A stretch of 64,000 nucleotides of DNA from Octopus vulgaris. Taxonomy: Eukaryota. Made by a program: the position numbers and the translations under genes. The notes under the pieces are model-generated. The model did not search any database. It worked only from the letters and a program-made list of their open reading frames with translations, and had not been told where the DNA came from. Where the stretch lies: NCBI GenBank assembly GCA_951406725.2, contig OX597825.1, forward strand, positions 34,782,001-34,846,000, written 5' to 3'. Below, one piece after another: positions 38,972-51,614 of the stretch; positions within the stretch are counted from its first letter, which is position 1, and every line of letters starts with the position of its first letter.

Positions 38972-39402
38972 CCCTTGCTTTTATCATAAAGACAAGGAAT
39001 TCTGTTTTCTCTGTAATTCTGAACTACTTTTTCTTTTTTCTAAAAATCTCCTTGTAAAATAGACTGTGCATACTGAGGTAAACATTAGTAGAAACACACC
39101 TTTAGTTCATATAAGTGATATCTATCATTATATATAATTTAAACATTAATTTTTTTCTTACATTTCACATTCACTAGATATATCTTTTTCCAAAACTTTA
39201 GGGTTTTATTTAACTTACATATCGTTATATACTTCTCATTTATTTGGTTGTTTTTCTTTCCTTTACCCCTCCTCTTTCTATAGGCTACTTTTGACGTTAT
39301 ATCCTCTAATGTTTATTAAAAAAATTTAACAGTGTTCAGTTCATCACTTTACATTTCCATCATATTCTGTTAAAATGTCTTATTGACGAGTTTTATTTCT
39401 TC

Positions 39403-39491
39403 ATTTCCCTGAAGAGAAGATTACATTGTTTTACACCATTTTATTCCTTTGGAATAATACCAGTGATATATTCGAAACATATGTCGGAAGT
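39403..39491 (+). ncRNA. Type I hammerhead ribozyme motif with intact core
   Basis: CUGAAGA 39409-39415, GAAA 39474-39477, GUC 39483-39485; stem I atttcc/ggaagt; stem II closed by G-C; palindromic stem III ACATATGT. Confidence 0.75.
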
Positions 39492-40130
39492 AAATGAATT
39501 TGAATAACACCTGCGTTTAACTCCATTTATTTATTTATATATATTATACAAAATATTTCATGTAAACCTGGAGTTTCTACCTTTAAAAACAAGGAGTAAC
39601 ACCCTTTTTACTTGTGTGATTTTTTGCTAACCTGGTAATTATTTATCCATTTTTTCTGTGTTAATTGTAAACAAGGGAAAAATACACACATCTATTTATA
39701 TATATATATATATAAACACACACACACACATATATTTACATGTATATATATATATATACACATATGTGACTTAATGGTTAGGGCATTCAGCTCAAAGTTA
39801 AAAGGCCAGGAGTCCAATTCTCAATGATGCATTGTTTATTTGAGCAAGATACTTTATTTCACATTGCTCTCTAGTCCACTCAGCTGGCAAAAATGAGCAG
39901 TACCTATATGTCAAAGGGTCAGCCTTGTCACATTCTGTCTTATGCTGAATTTCCCTGAGAACTATGTTATGGGTACGAGTATCCATAGAGTGTTCATCCA
40001 CTTTCACGTTAACTTCACAAGCAGGCTGTTCTGTTGATCCGATCAGCTGGAACCTTTGTCATCGTAACTGACAGAATACCAGTTTTTATGTGTGTGTGCA
40101 TGCACATATATATATATATATATATATATA

Positions 40131-40362
40131 TTTTCTTTACTACCCACAAGGGGCTAAACATAGAGGGGACAAACGAGGACAGACAAACGGATTAAGTCGA
40201 TTACATCGACCCCAGTGCGTAACTGGTACTTAATTTATTGACCCCGAAAGGATGAAAGGCAAAGTCAACCTCGGCGGAATTTGAACTCAGAACGTAAAGA
40301 CGGACGAAATACCGCAAAGCATTTCGCCCGGTGTGCTAACGTTTCTGCCAGCTCACCGCCTT
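40131..40362 (-). mobile_element. Young (CpG-retaining) copy of the most abundant SINE family
   Basis: Head aaggcggtgagctggcagaaacgttagc, B-box gagttcaaattcc, body gcctttcatcctttcggggtc; many diverged copies across the window. Confidence 0.8.
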
Positions 40363-41160
40363 ATATATACTGGCAACAGGAAGGGCATCTGGCCATAGTA
40401 AACCTGTTTTAACAAATTCCATCCAACCCATGGATGTAATGACGATGATAGTGTGTGTGTGTGTGCACATGCCCATATATACAATAACTTCCAAACCCCA
40501 TGGCCAGTTTATCTTCTGTTCATCATCCATATTAAGTCCTTCAAGCTGTCATATTAAGTGCTATGCCCAATCCTTCTTCCTTAGAATGTATCCCTCTGGA
40601 ACTCCTGCATTGCTCAAGATTTCTTCCATATAATCCTAGATATATGTTAAGACAGGATGGTCTCAGCTGGAGCTCTTTTGATTGGTAGTCAGCTCAATCA
40701 TAGGCTGATCTCATGCTAAACAACAACAGTAGTGTTATAAATATTAGGTCCCTTACCCACACAATCTAGCATAGTGATCAACATATAAAACATTTTGCAA
40801 ACTCTACCTGCAAAGACTGAAATTCCTGTGTAGAACTAAGAAACTTCAGCCCTTATACTTCCTGCCTTAACCAGTAGTCCATAATTCCCTCTCTTCTTCA
40901 CTCACAGTTTTCCAATAAACACCAATCTACAAATGTTAAAGTTGGACATTAGCCATGTCAACTGCATGCTTGTAATGACCACTGACCTTTTTTCCTTTAA
41001 CTGATTTATAAAAACACAAACACCATAAAATACAGTCTTTGAATGTGCAACAATCAAATGAATTTTAGAGAGGGGAGGAGAAGAAAATAATAATAAGAGG
41101 AGCAGGAGGAAGTCAGAAGCAATACCATTACTGCTTTCAACAACTTGTACAATTACTTAC

Positions 41161-41227
41161 TTGATTCTTACTTAAATTTTTTCCTGAAGAGAATGGCTTT
41201 TGCAGTATTAGGAAAGGACCCGAACTC
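41161..41227 (-). CDS. SLC30A5: SLC30A5 coding exon 3
   Basis: cag|G...CAA|gtaagt; SSGPFLILQKPFSSGKNLSKNQ (QKPFSSGK motif of ZnT5). Confidence 0.94.
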
Positions 41228-42260
41228 CTGCATAAAAGAAATATAAAACTCTGTACTTTTCGAGATCAAATTTGAATTCAAGTCATACTGAGGGCTAGAC
41301 TAGCTGCAATATTTAAATTCAGACCCTTAGTGTTAAGACAGGTAATTTCTAATATTTCTAGGGCATTACCACATCATCTCCCTATGCTTCAGGTATACAT
41401 CACTTTTGTTTTACTCATCATCATCATTCTAACTTCCACTTTTCTATGCATGTATGGGTCGGATGGAGTTTATTGAGGTAAATCTTTTTTTTTATTTTTT
41501 GAAGTATTGGTACTTATTCTTTTGGTCTCTCTTGCTGAACTGTTAAGTAATAGGAATATAAATACATCAACACCAGTAGTAAAGCGAAGGTGGTGTTGGT
41601 GGGAACACCCACAGACACAAAGACACACACACATATACAACAAGCTTCTTTCAGTTTCTGTCTCCCAAATCAATCCACTTACAAGGCTTTGGTCACTCCA
41701 AGGTTATAGTTGAAAACACTTGCCTCAGGTGCCATGCAGTGGGACTGAACCCGGAACCATGTCATTGGGAAGCAAGCTCCTTACCACACAAACACACCTG
41801 CACCTATTATAATGTCTATAGCATTTAAATTGAATTTTATTTAGAATGATGATGGATTCTCCATTGGTTTTGTCAGTGAGCGTCCCAAGACTACACATTG
41901 TATTATAATGTCAGTAGATGAATATACCTCAAACACTTGTACATATAGTGTAATCCTCAGTGTGATAAGGTAGGCCTTTGAATTACGGCTGCAGTCTACT
42001 TGACAGGCTTCCACACAGTTTCCATCAACTCAATTGCCTTTAAAAGGTTAGTATGAGGCTCCAGTAGAAGATATTTGTCCAAGGTGCAGAGCAATGAGAT
42101 TAAACCTAGGATATTATGGTTACAATACAAACTTCTTAACCATTTTTGTACCTAAAATACATTTACATTTATTGGAAACTGGAAAACCAATTTGCGCAAT
42201 GGTCACCTCCAGTTCTTGACAAAATATAATTCTACTGAATTTTTGAAGGGAAGAACTTAC

Positions 42261-42383
42261 CCAGCTTTGATGATGAATAGGAACTGGACAACAGGAATTA
42301 CTTTGAGAAGATCATAGGATAAAAATAATCCAAAAGCTCTGAAGAACTTGGCTACAACAAGTAATCCAATATATACAGTATTT
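42261..42383 (-). CDS. SLC30A5: SLC30A5 coding exon 2
   Basis: cag|A...GG|gtaagt; YIGLLVVAKFFRAFGLFLSYDLLKVIPVVQFLFIIKAG. Confidence 0.94.
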
Positions 42384-45300
42384 CTGAAAGGAAAAATTTA
42401 ATCAATCAGATTAAATGCATTAATAGATTTTAGAGAAATATTTAATATAATAATTAATAACGTTTTCAAATTTTGACAAAAGACCAGAAATTTGGAGGGA
42501 GGGTGTTAGTTGATTATGTTAACCCCAGTGCTCAACTGGCACTTATTTCATCAACCCCCAAAAGAATGAAAGGCAAAGCCAACCTTGGCAGAATTTGAAC
42601 TCAGAAAATAAAGAGTCAAAAGAAAGGCCACTACGTATTTTGTCTAATGTACTAATGATTCTGCTAGCTCAATGTGTTATTATAGGAATTAATAATAAAA
42701 ACAATGATCTCTTACTTAGATGTAAGGTCAGAGCTGTCTAAATCAACCCTTATAGTTGAATGGTGTTTTATTGACTCTAGAAAGATGAAAGACCAAGTCA
42801 ACCTCAGCAGGATTTTTTAACTCAGAATGTAAAAGGCTGTAACTAAATACTCTAAGGTATTTTACCTGATGCAACTGGCACTCTATCAGTTATGATGATG
42901 AGGGTTCCAGTTGATCCGATCAACAGAGCAGCCTGCTCGTGAAATTAACAGGTAAGTTACTGAGCACTCCACAGACATGTGTATCTTAACATTATTCACA
43001 GGGAGATTCAGCATGAAACAGAGTGTGACATGGCTGGCCCTTTGAAATACAGGTACATTTTTGCCAGCTGAGCAACATGGAATAAAGTGTCTTGCTCAAG
43101 GACACAATGTGTTGCCAGGAATTGAACTCATGACCATACAATAGTGAGCCAAATACCCTGTAAAGGAACTGGTTGTGTCTTTACACTGTTTGGATGCAAC
43201 ACAATTTCCTTTCTTTTGTTTCCAGAAACTACCAGTCAGGAACAAGAATGCAACCTTAAAAATATATGACTCTTTATTTTCTTGTTTACAAAAGAAGGCA
43301 CGTTGGTACATTGGTATCCACTTGGTTCAATATAGCAAGGCTGAATTTTAACACTTGTAAGATAAACCTTACAACAAATTCAGCAGCAACAGAGCAGGTC
43401 AAATCCCAAGTGTCTGGGACAGGAGAATAGGCTAATCACAGGTTTAACACATCCTTTCTCTTCAATAGCCGTGTCTCAAGTCAACGACGCTAACAAGGAA
43501 CGCGATAGAATTTTCTTCCCCAGTCTCTAGCGCATGTGCATGAGGGAACTTCCTTAGGCCTTTCCAGAAGGTTACAGCCCCGCACACGCACACTGAAGAA
43601 TGACGTTCCGCACACGCACACTGGAAAATGACGTCACTACAACCCTAACCACTAAGCCATATGCCTTCGTGCTTGATACAATGATTTTGCTATCCAAGAC
43701 TCATAATTACTATGACTTCTAGTACTGGCTGACAGCTCTCAATTTTAAGAAAGCACAAGTCGATTTAATGTACCTTAGGAATTAACTGTTATTAACATTA
43801 TTTTAGCAAAGGTGAAAAAGCAATGTCAACTCTGACAAGATTTGAACTCAGAACACAGAGAAATGGTTAAAAAAATGCTATGATGTGTTTCTTCTAGTGC
43901 TAACACTGTTATAATTAACAACACATTTAGATATAAGGCCAGTAATTTTAAGGGGAGGTGTTGATACCCTTAATTCTAGTACTCAACTAATACTTTATTT
44001 CATCAACCATGGAGGGATGAAGGTAGAAGTTGATTTCAGAGGAATCTTAACTCAGAAGATAAGGAGCTGGAAGAAATACCGCATTTCTGACTCTTTATGT
44101 TCAGAGTTCAAATCCCACTGAAGTCATATGGTAATTTCTAACAGAAGACATAATCATATATATATTGAACAAAATTTATTTGAATGGGGATTACTTTATT
44201 GAACATGGAAAGATGAAAGACAAAATAAATTTTGTTGGGATTTTAACTCAAAACCTGACTATATACCACAAAACATTTTGTCCAGTGTTCTACTGAACCG
44301 GCCATCCTTCCCTTCTCATACCACCAGGACAAATGACACCATGTGATTGTCAATGAAAGTTCATATAATAATACAAAGGTGAGTTCCTGTTACCTTTCTT
44401 CGGGTATTTATTTACAAAAAAAAAATAATAATAACAATAATAATAATTATTATTGATTTAGAACAAGGGTTCAAATGCTAATTAATAGTAATTGATATGA
44501 CTAGAAAGGCAGTGAATTCATCAGACAAAATTCTTAGCAGTATTTTGTCTGGTTTTACATTCTGATTTCAAATGCTCCTGAGGTCAACTTTGCCTTTATT
44601 CTTTCAGGGTGAATAAAATAAGTATCAGCTGTGCACTGGGATCAATGTAATCAACTAGGCTGCTCCCACTAAAACTGTTGGCCTTGTGACAATATTTGAA
44701 ATTATGATTATTATTAGGTCAACAGATTAGCAGAATCTTTATAGTGTTGGAGAAAATGTTCTTGTATTTCGTCTGGCTCTTTACAATCTGTGTTCAAGTC
44801 CCGCCATGGTTAACTTTACTTTACATTTCTCCAGGGTTGATATAATAAAGTACTACTGAAGTACTAAGTTTTGTAGTACAGACTAACTCCTTTCCCTCAA
44901 AATTGCTGGCCTTCTCCCTGAATCAGAAATTACTATTATGGCTATGAAGCAGATTTTGTTTCAGTCATTTGACTGTAGCCATGCAGGGTCTCTTAATCAA
45001 ACAAATTAACCCCAGGACTTATTTTTTAAAGCCTAATACTTATTATATAGGTCTATTTTGCTGAACTGCTAAGTTACAGGGACGTAAACAAACCAACACC
45101 AGTTTTCAAGCAGTGGTGAGAGAACAAATACAGACATAGATATATACATACAGATGTATATTTATATAGGGAAAGGAGTTAGTCTCTATCGTATACATAT
45201 ATGTATATACCAAGGGCTTTTTTCGGTTTCTGTCTACCAAATCCACTCACAAGGCTTTGGTTGGCCCAAAGCTATAGCAGAAGATGTTTGCCCAAGGTGC

Positions 45301-46149
45301 CATGCAGTGGGACTGAACCCAGAACCATGTTGTTGGGAAGCAAGCTTCTTACCACACAGCCATACCTATCAACTTTTAAAACATATAAAGTTTTGTGCGT
45401 CTTTTTTCCTTTGTCTTATGGTTTAGTCTAAACCAAATCCAGATATTACTATTTAAAACAATACACCATGTAACCTATCCATTAATTTCCACCAAATGAT
45501 ACCATGAATAAAAGCTATAGGTAGCACAACTCTCGCCCAATCAAAAAATAATAAATATTGTTTGATGTTCACAGCTTTATAACCAAGAAAAATATAGTGA
45601 AGATGGACAACAGCTGGAATTAAATAGTACAGAGAAGCTTTTCAATGGTAGTACTATTGTCTACTCTAACTATTCCCCCTGTTCACTCCCAGTCTTCTTA
45701 TCTTCTCTCAATCTCACTGACAACCTCCCCCACACTCTATTTTCTCCACCACCACCACCCTCTGTCTGACTTATATTCTTTTATTAGATTGGCTTCAATT
45801 GTTTTCAACTTCTATGTTTACTGCCATTCTAGCTCAGCATTACAAGAATGTGTGTATGTGTGCTCCTCCCACTTTCTTATACTATTACCACACTTTCTTA
45901 TACTATTACCTGAAGTTAACAAAGAAGTCTCTACATAGATTTTCGAATTGCAAGAAATAACAGCCAAATCTCCTTCAAAACCCAACCTTATCAAAAGGAC
46001 ACAAGTACCTGAGGTAATCAAAAATGAGGAAAGATGTGTACTAAATGACAGAGGCATCCACAATAATGCCAAAATGAAAGAAGTATGGAAATGCTGTTAT
46101 AAGATTGTTGAATGAAGAGAAAGCACTATTCTATGTAGACCTAAGTGAG

Positions 46150-46856
46150 TAATTAGCTATTAAGTTGACAGTCATATGATTAAAGAAAAAAATGATTAAG
46201 AATATGTGTTTAGGGAAGACAATTGGACCAGCTGGCACAGTAGCTGAGATGCTGAAAATATCTGGCAAAGTAGGTCACATGCTAGTCATTTGCATAATCA
46301 ACCCTGTAGAACAGGGAAGTGTTACCCCGATTCTAGTGTAACTTCAACTATGACAATGGCAAGTTAGCTGCACAAGAGATGAAGCTACAGAGATATCAAA
46401 TAGATGAACCAGGATATAAAAATGAAACTTGAAGCTGATGAGGGACTTGGCTGAAGAGAAAATTTTCTGTTTTCAGCTCTTTCGAGCTTGCCCACCATGT
46501 AATTTCTTTTGTTATAGATACAAAACAGAGGACTCTACCAGACCTCTCTGGCCAAAGGAAAGTGGCAGGGCAATCTTGAAAATGCACTCAGCTCTGAGCT
46601 TGATTCATCCTAAACACAACAGCTATACAATATACCTCAACAAATCAGCAATGTTTGAACACATAACAAGTGCATGCAGAATGGACAGATCCAGCTCATG
46701 GCACTCTCACGTCTGTAGAGTTTGTCCTGAACCAACAAGGTCACCTGCCACCAGTCCTCTTGTACTTCCAGGTCAGAGATTTCTGGAACGTATCCATAGT
46801 TTCTGGGTTGAAAGACCTACAGAATACGCAGTTCATTTTGATATTTGGCTATGCCT
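46150..46856 (+). mobile_element. Highly decayed C-terminal fragment of an RLE-type non-LTR retrotransposon (HERO/NeSL-like)
   Basis: Remnants HHVISFVIDTKQRTLP and FEHITSAC resemble the region around the CCHC knuckle; many frameshifts. Confidence 0.4.
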
Positions 46857-47089
46857 AATAATAATAATTTTTTAGCATTGTCACAAGATTTGAAATTTGA
46901 AGGAGAGAGTTAGTTGATATCACTGACCACAATACTTAATACTTTATTTTATCAACTTCAAAAGAGCAAAAGGCAATTTGAACTCATTATGTAAAGATCC
47001 AGAAGAAATACTGCAAGATATTTTTGTCCAACACTCTAACAATTCTGCTGATCTACTGTCTTGATAACAATTACTATTATTATTATCAT

Positions 47090-47965
47090 GCAGTATGAAA
47101 TGCTTAGTGGTATTTCACCCATCACTCCAATCTGAGTTCAACTTTGCCTTTTATCCTTTCAGGGTCAATAAATTAAGTCCCAGTGAAACAATGGGGTCAA
47201 TGTAATTGACTTATCCCCTCCCCTAAAATAGCTGCCCTTGTGGCAAAATATGAAACCATTATAATCATTGTTATTATTAATAAGGTGGTGAGCTGGCAGA
47301 ATCGGTAGCATGCCGGGCAAAATGCATAGTCGCATTTCGTCCGTCTTCATGTTCTGAGTTCAAATTCTGCCAAGGTCGATTTTGCCTTTCATTCTTTTGG
47401 GGTTGATAAATTAAGTACCAGTGAAACATTGGGGGTCGATGCAATCAACTAGTTCCCTCCTCCAAAATTTCTGGCCTTGTGCCTTTAGTAAAAAGGATTA
47501 TTATTATTATTATTGTTAAGGCAGCAAGCTGGCAGAATTGTTAAGACGCTGGGCAAAATGCTTACTAGCATTTTGTCCATCTATACATTCCGAGTTCAAA
47601 TTCCACTAAGGTCTACTTTGCCTTTCATCCTTTTGGGGTCGATAAATTAAGTTCCAGTGTAACACTGGGGTCGATGTAATTGACTCATCCCCTCCCCCAA
47701 AATGGCCGCACTTGTGGAAAAATTTGAAACCATTATTATTATTATTATTATTATTATAAGGGCAGCAGGCTGAGAGAACCATTAGCAAGAACAATATGCT
47801 TAGCAGTATTTTGTCCATCTTTATGTTCTGAGTTCAAATGCTGCCAAAGTTAACTTTGCCTTTCATCCCTTTGAGGTCGATGAAATAAGCACTAGGGTTG
47901 ATGTAATTCACAAACCCACCTCAAAAATTTCAGACTTTGTGCTTACGATAAAAAAATATTATTAT
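47090..47965 (+). repeat. Tandem array of four SINE copies separated by (ATT)n
   Basis: Heads near 47281, 47518 and 47758, each preceded by attattatt. Confidence 0.8.
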
Positions 47966-48743
47966 TATATCCAATGTACACAACGCAACAAATCTGTGTG
48001 GAGGAACATAATCAATTAAATGTATTTCAACATGTTACCGGTACCTGCTTCACTGACACTGAGATGACGAAAGGTAAAGTTGACCTGGGTGCAATTTGAA
48101 CTCAGATACATGAAAGGACATAATTAAATGCTGTTGCTCCACTCATTCTGACACTCATGCAACTTACCAAAAGTTAAAAACAAAATTAAATAATTCAATG
48201 TTAATGAGCAGAAAATACAGAATGAGATAAAAACCGTTTATCTATTCAATTAAATATATTAAGTGCAGAAATATTATTGCATACCAGTATAAGGACTGGA
48301 CTTGTAATTTAATGGGCCAGCTTTTACCTACACTGATGTTGTCTGAAGACCATGTAGTTCTATTGAATGAACATTTCGAATACTCATCTTCAAAACATAA
48401 GCAAGGTCTACTTCCTTTACTTTATGACATTTTTACAGAATAACTGGAAAAGTAAGAACAATGTGAGTAAATATACTGATTTCAAATTTTGGCATAAGGC
48501 CAGCAATTTCGGGGGAGGGGCTACGTTGATTACATTGATCCCAACTGGTACTTATTTAACTAACTCTGAAAGGATGAAAGGCAAAGTTGACCCCAGCAGA
48601 ATTTGAACTCAAAATGTAAAGACAGATATTGCTAAACATTTTGTTTGGGATGCTGACAATTCTGCCAGCTTGCTACCTTAATATGGGTAAATATATTAAT
48701 AAATAAATACATCAAAATTATAAAAATTAAATTAAACACTTAC

Positions 48744-48802
48744 TTGGATGACGGATATATGGCCCGAGAGGGCAAGACTTGGCTGTTGTAAGCCTCTGTC
48801 AT
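48744..48802 (-). CDS. SLC30A5: SLC30A5 coding exon 1 (start codon)
   Basis: ATG at 48802-48800, MTEAYNSQVLPSRAIYPSS, AA|gtaagt donor in phase with exon 2; total CDS 2343 nt = 780 aa + stop. Confidence 0.8.
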
Positions 48803-49076
48803 ACTTAAAAGAGGCAGATACTCTGATTATGTATGTTTATATGTAGGATTTATGTATTGCTTTGTAAACGACTACGTTTCTAGTAGAATCCAGTCCATTT
48901 TTCTTATATGTATGCGTGTTTGTTTGTAATATTCAGCTGGTAGAAAATAATAACAGCAGTCACTAATTAGGTATTGAAATGCAATTAGAGATCCAGGAGT
49001 TTTCTTCTCCACTTTCAACAACACACTTTAGAAAGATGTTGCTGGCAATCAGCTGCCGGCCACGACACAAGAAATC
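48803..49076 (-). other. SLC30A5: SLC30A5 5' UTR part of the ATG-containing exon
   Basis: Strong acceptor tctttttcttcttccacag|G at 49077. Confidence 0.6.
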
Positions 49077-50417
49077 CTGTGGAAGAAGAAAAAGATATAT
49101 ATATGTATATGAATGAATTAAAATGAAATGTACTTTACGGAGAGAAGATCTGAGGATGGTGTTTGCTTTGTTACATTAGTTTAATTGTAAAGAGACACAA
49201 CACGTAAGACTTGAGGTTTCGGCTCCGGTTTGAGATCGAACCGAACTAATGCTTTCTCTTTCTCATACACATGCACACACATACAATTTCATAAATTCGT
49301 GTAACGCTGGGAGCAGCATTCAATGTATAGGGAATTCTTCAAACAACATTCGAACTTAGAAGGAACGTTTACAAATAAATAGAATTTTTGCCGATGCAGC
49401 ACATCGCTGATTTCACTGTTTCTTTACTTCACAGACACACAAGAGATCCTATACCCATCATACATACAGAGGAGTAAACTACGTAAAATACTTGATAATC
49501 ACATTACTCGAAGAAATTTCCATGGAATTTTTGACAACTGTGCTAGCGTGGTTTTTAAAAATAATTAATTTTATTTGCTTCACTTATAACGACCACACGA
49601 AGTTGTCAAAATACTTAAAATAAATGCGTCACTTCAAAAACTGTTTTCCGTGGAAAACGGAATTTCACAGTTGATGAGAAAAAGTTTCAGAGTGATTTGA
49701 CAACTAAATTCTAAGTGACGTTTCTTCATATGCAAGGCGAGGCTTTTTACTGTAAAGCATCTTTCAGTCGGCAAATTTACCGTATTAATTAACTGCGTTG
49801 ACCGGTCAATTTAGTCTTCTATTATCACCCCGTTATTACGATTTATAACACTATTTATTGTCTGTTTTGGTGCTGTCTGTATTCACTTGACCATGTCACT
49901 CTTCTCATGGGGATAAAAGTCGAAGAAATGACTGTTTTCATATAAAAAGTAATTACCATGAGTTACAAGACAAACTCTAGATATTTTTACAGATACTTTT
50001 ATTTTATCGACACAAGGATGAAAGGAAAGTTTGACTAACGAAGGAATTTGGACATACGTCAAATAATACCGAAACACCGGACTTCAATTCCGTATTATAC
50101 TTAGGGTACTGGAAAATGCATGAAAGACCATAACTTCACTAACACCCCACTGTATCCATAACATTAAGAGTTCACTACCCATTGATGGGTACATTCTATC
50201 AAAAGACTAAACCAACGTATTTTCTAAGTCATTTGTATACATGAAGATCTAAGCGATAAAAATGCATTTCAAATAAAATACAGGACGATGATTAGAATAA
50301 TCAAAATTGCTATCAAGAGTGATTTGTTAATTTATTTTTTTCCCTCCACTAATTACGGAATAAACAAATAAAACAAATCAGAAGAGGCTGGATAATAAAT
50401 AAAACGTGGGTACTCAC

Positions 50418-50640
50418 ATGGAACATAATGACATGTCGTTGCTATAAATGTGTAACTATCTTCTAAAATTAAAGATATTACATCGAGTGATCTCCCTTGT
50501 AATTAGAGTTCTCCAGACCAAGCAACCGACGTGTCATTGATGATTTGATAAAAATGTTTGTTTATGGGTGTGGACGGGAGATTTGAGTAACTACCGGCAA
50601 TATGTGGTTGTATTCGAAGCAAACGACATCTGCTTCGATA
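50418..50640 (-). promoter_or_regulatory. Putative non-coding first exon and promoter of SLC30A5
   Basis: Donor CAT|gtgagt at 50417; CpG-retaining, repeat-free sequence; 5' end uncertain. Confidence 0.5.
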
Positions 50641-50906
50641 AAACAGAAGCATAACAACCATTTATAACACACACACGAATGCTTATTAATTCAGTTTTTA
50701 CATTAGAATAGAAAACATTTTATTATATACCGCGTTCTGTTTACTGGTCCTCTCTCTCTCCCTCTCTCTCTCTCTCTCTTCCCCCCTCACTCTCTCTCTC
50801 TTTCCCCCTCTCACTCTCATTTGTATATGTACGTAAAATACACATTAAAAAAAAAAATTATTTTACATCACAGTTTTTTGGTTTTAGATTTCTGAGGCCA
50901 AAACGT

Positions 50907-51614
50907 GGATCTTTTCGGTTTGAACGGCAGTTTTTTAAAATAATTTCTATATAACTAAACACTTTTAAACTTCGTATACTGGTAGTATGTGTTTATAAAA
51001 CATCATTTTCTCTTGGCTTTCTTGAGAAAATTCTGTAGTTTGTAAGATATTTGTAGGATATTTTCTTCAATTTTGGTAATTTCAACCAATCAATGACGTC
51101 TATTGAGGTGAAAACATCTGACGTAAAATTTTCTGGCGGTGAAATATGAAAATGTCCCTCGTTTAAGAAACATTAGATTTATTTACATTTCTGAAGAAAA
51201 AAAGATACCCTTCCCCCTAACCCTAAAACAGATTGAAATGCAATAGATCGATACTAGGGTCATAATTATGGGTGGACACTAAAAAGGGAACGGTTTTGTT
51301 ATCCACCCCTCAGTTTATGGCCACAGGGTATCTTTTTTCTCAAAAAAACCCCAAAAAACGGACATTTTCATATGAAGCCGCCATAAAATGTTACGGCAGA
51401 AATCGTTTTCACCTCAATAGACGTCATTGATTGGTTGAAATTGCCGAACTGCATGAAATTAAAGACCAAATATCTTATAAACTATAGAGTTTTCTCGAGA
51501 AAGCCAAGAGAAAAAGATGTTTTATAAACACATTCTACCAGTAAACGAAGTTTAAAATTTTTTGGTTACATAGAAATTATTTTTAAAAAACTGCCGTTCA
51601 AACCGAGAAGATCC
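50907..51614. mobile_element. MITE with ~250-bp TIRs and perfect 8-bp TSD (Merlin/Mutator-like)
   Basis: GGATCTTTTCGGTTTGAACGGCAG ... CTGCCGTTCAAACCGAGAAGATCC; TSD caaaacgt at 50899-50906 and 51615-51622; related TIR fragment at 52010-52135. Confidence 0.9.
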
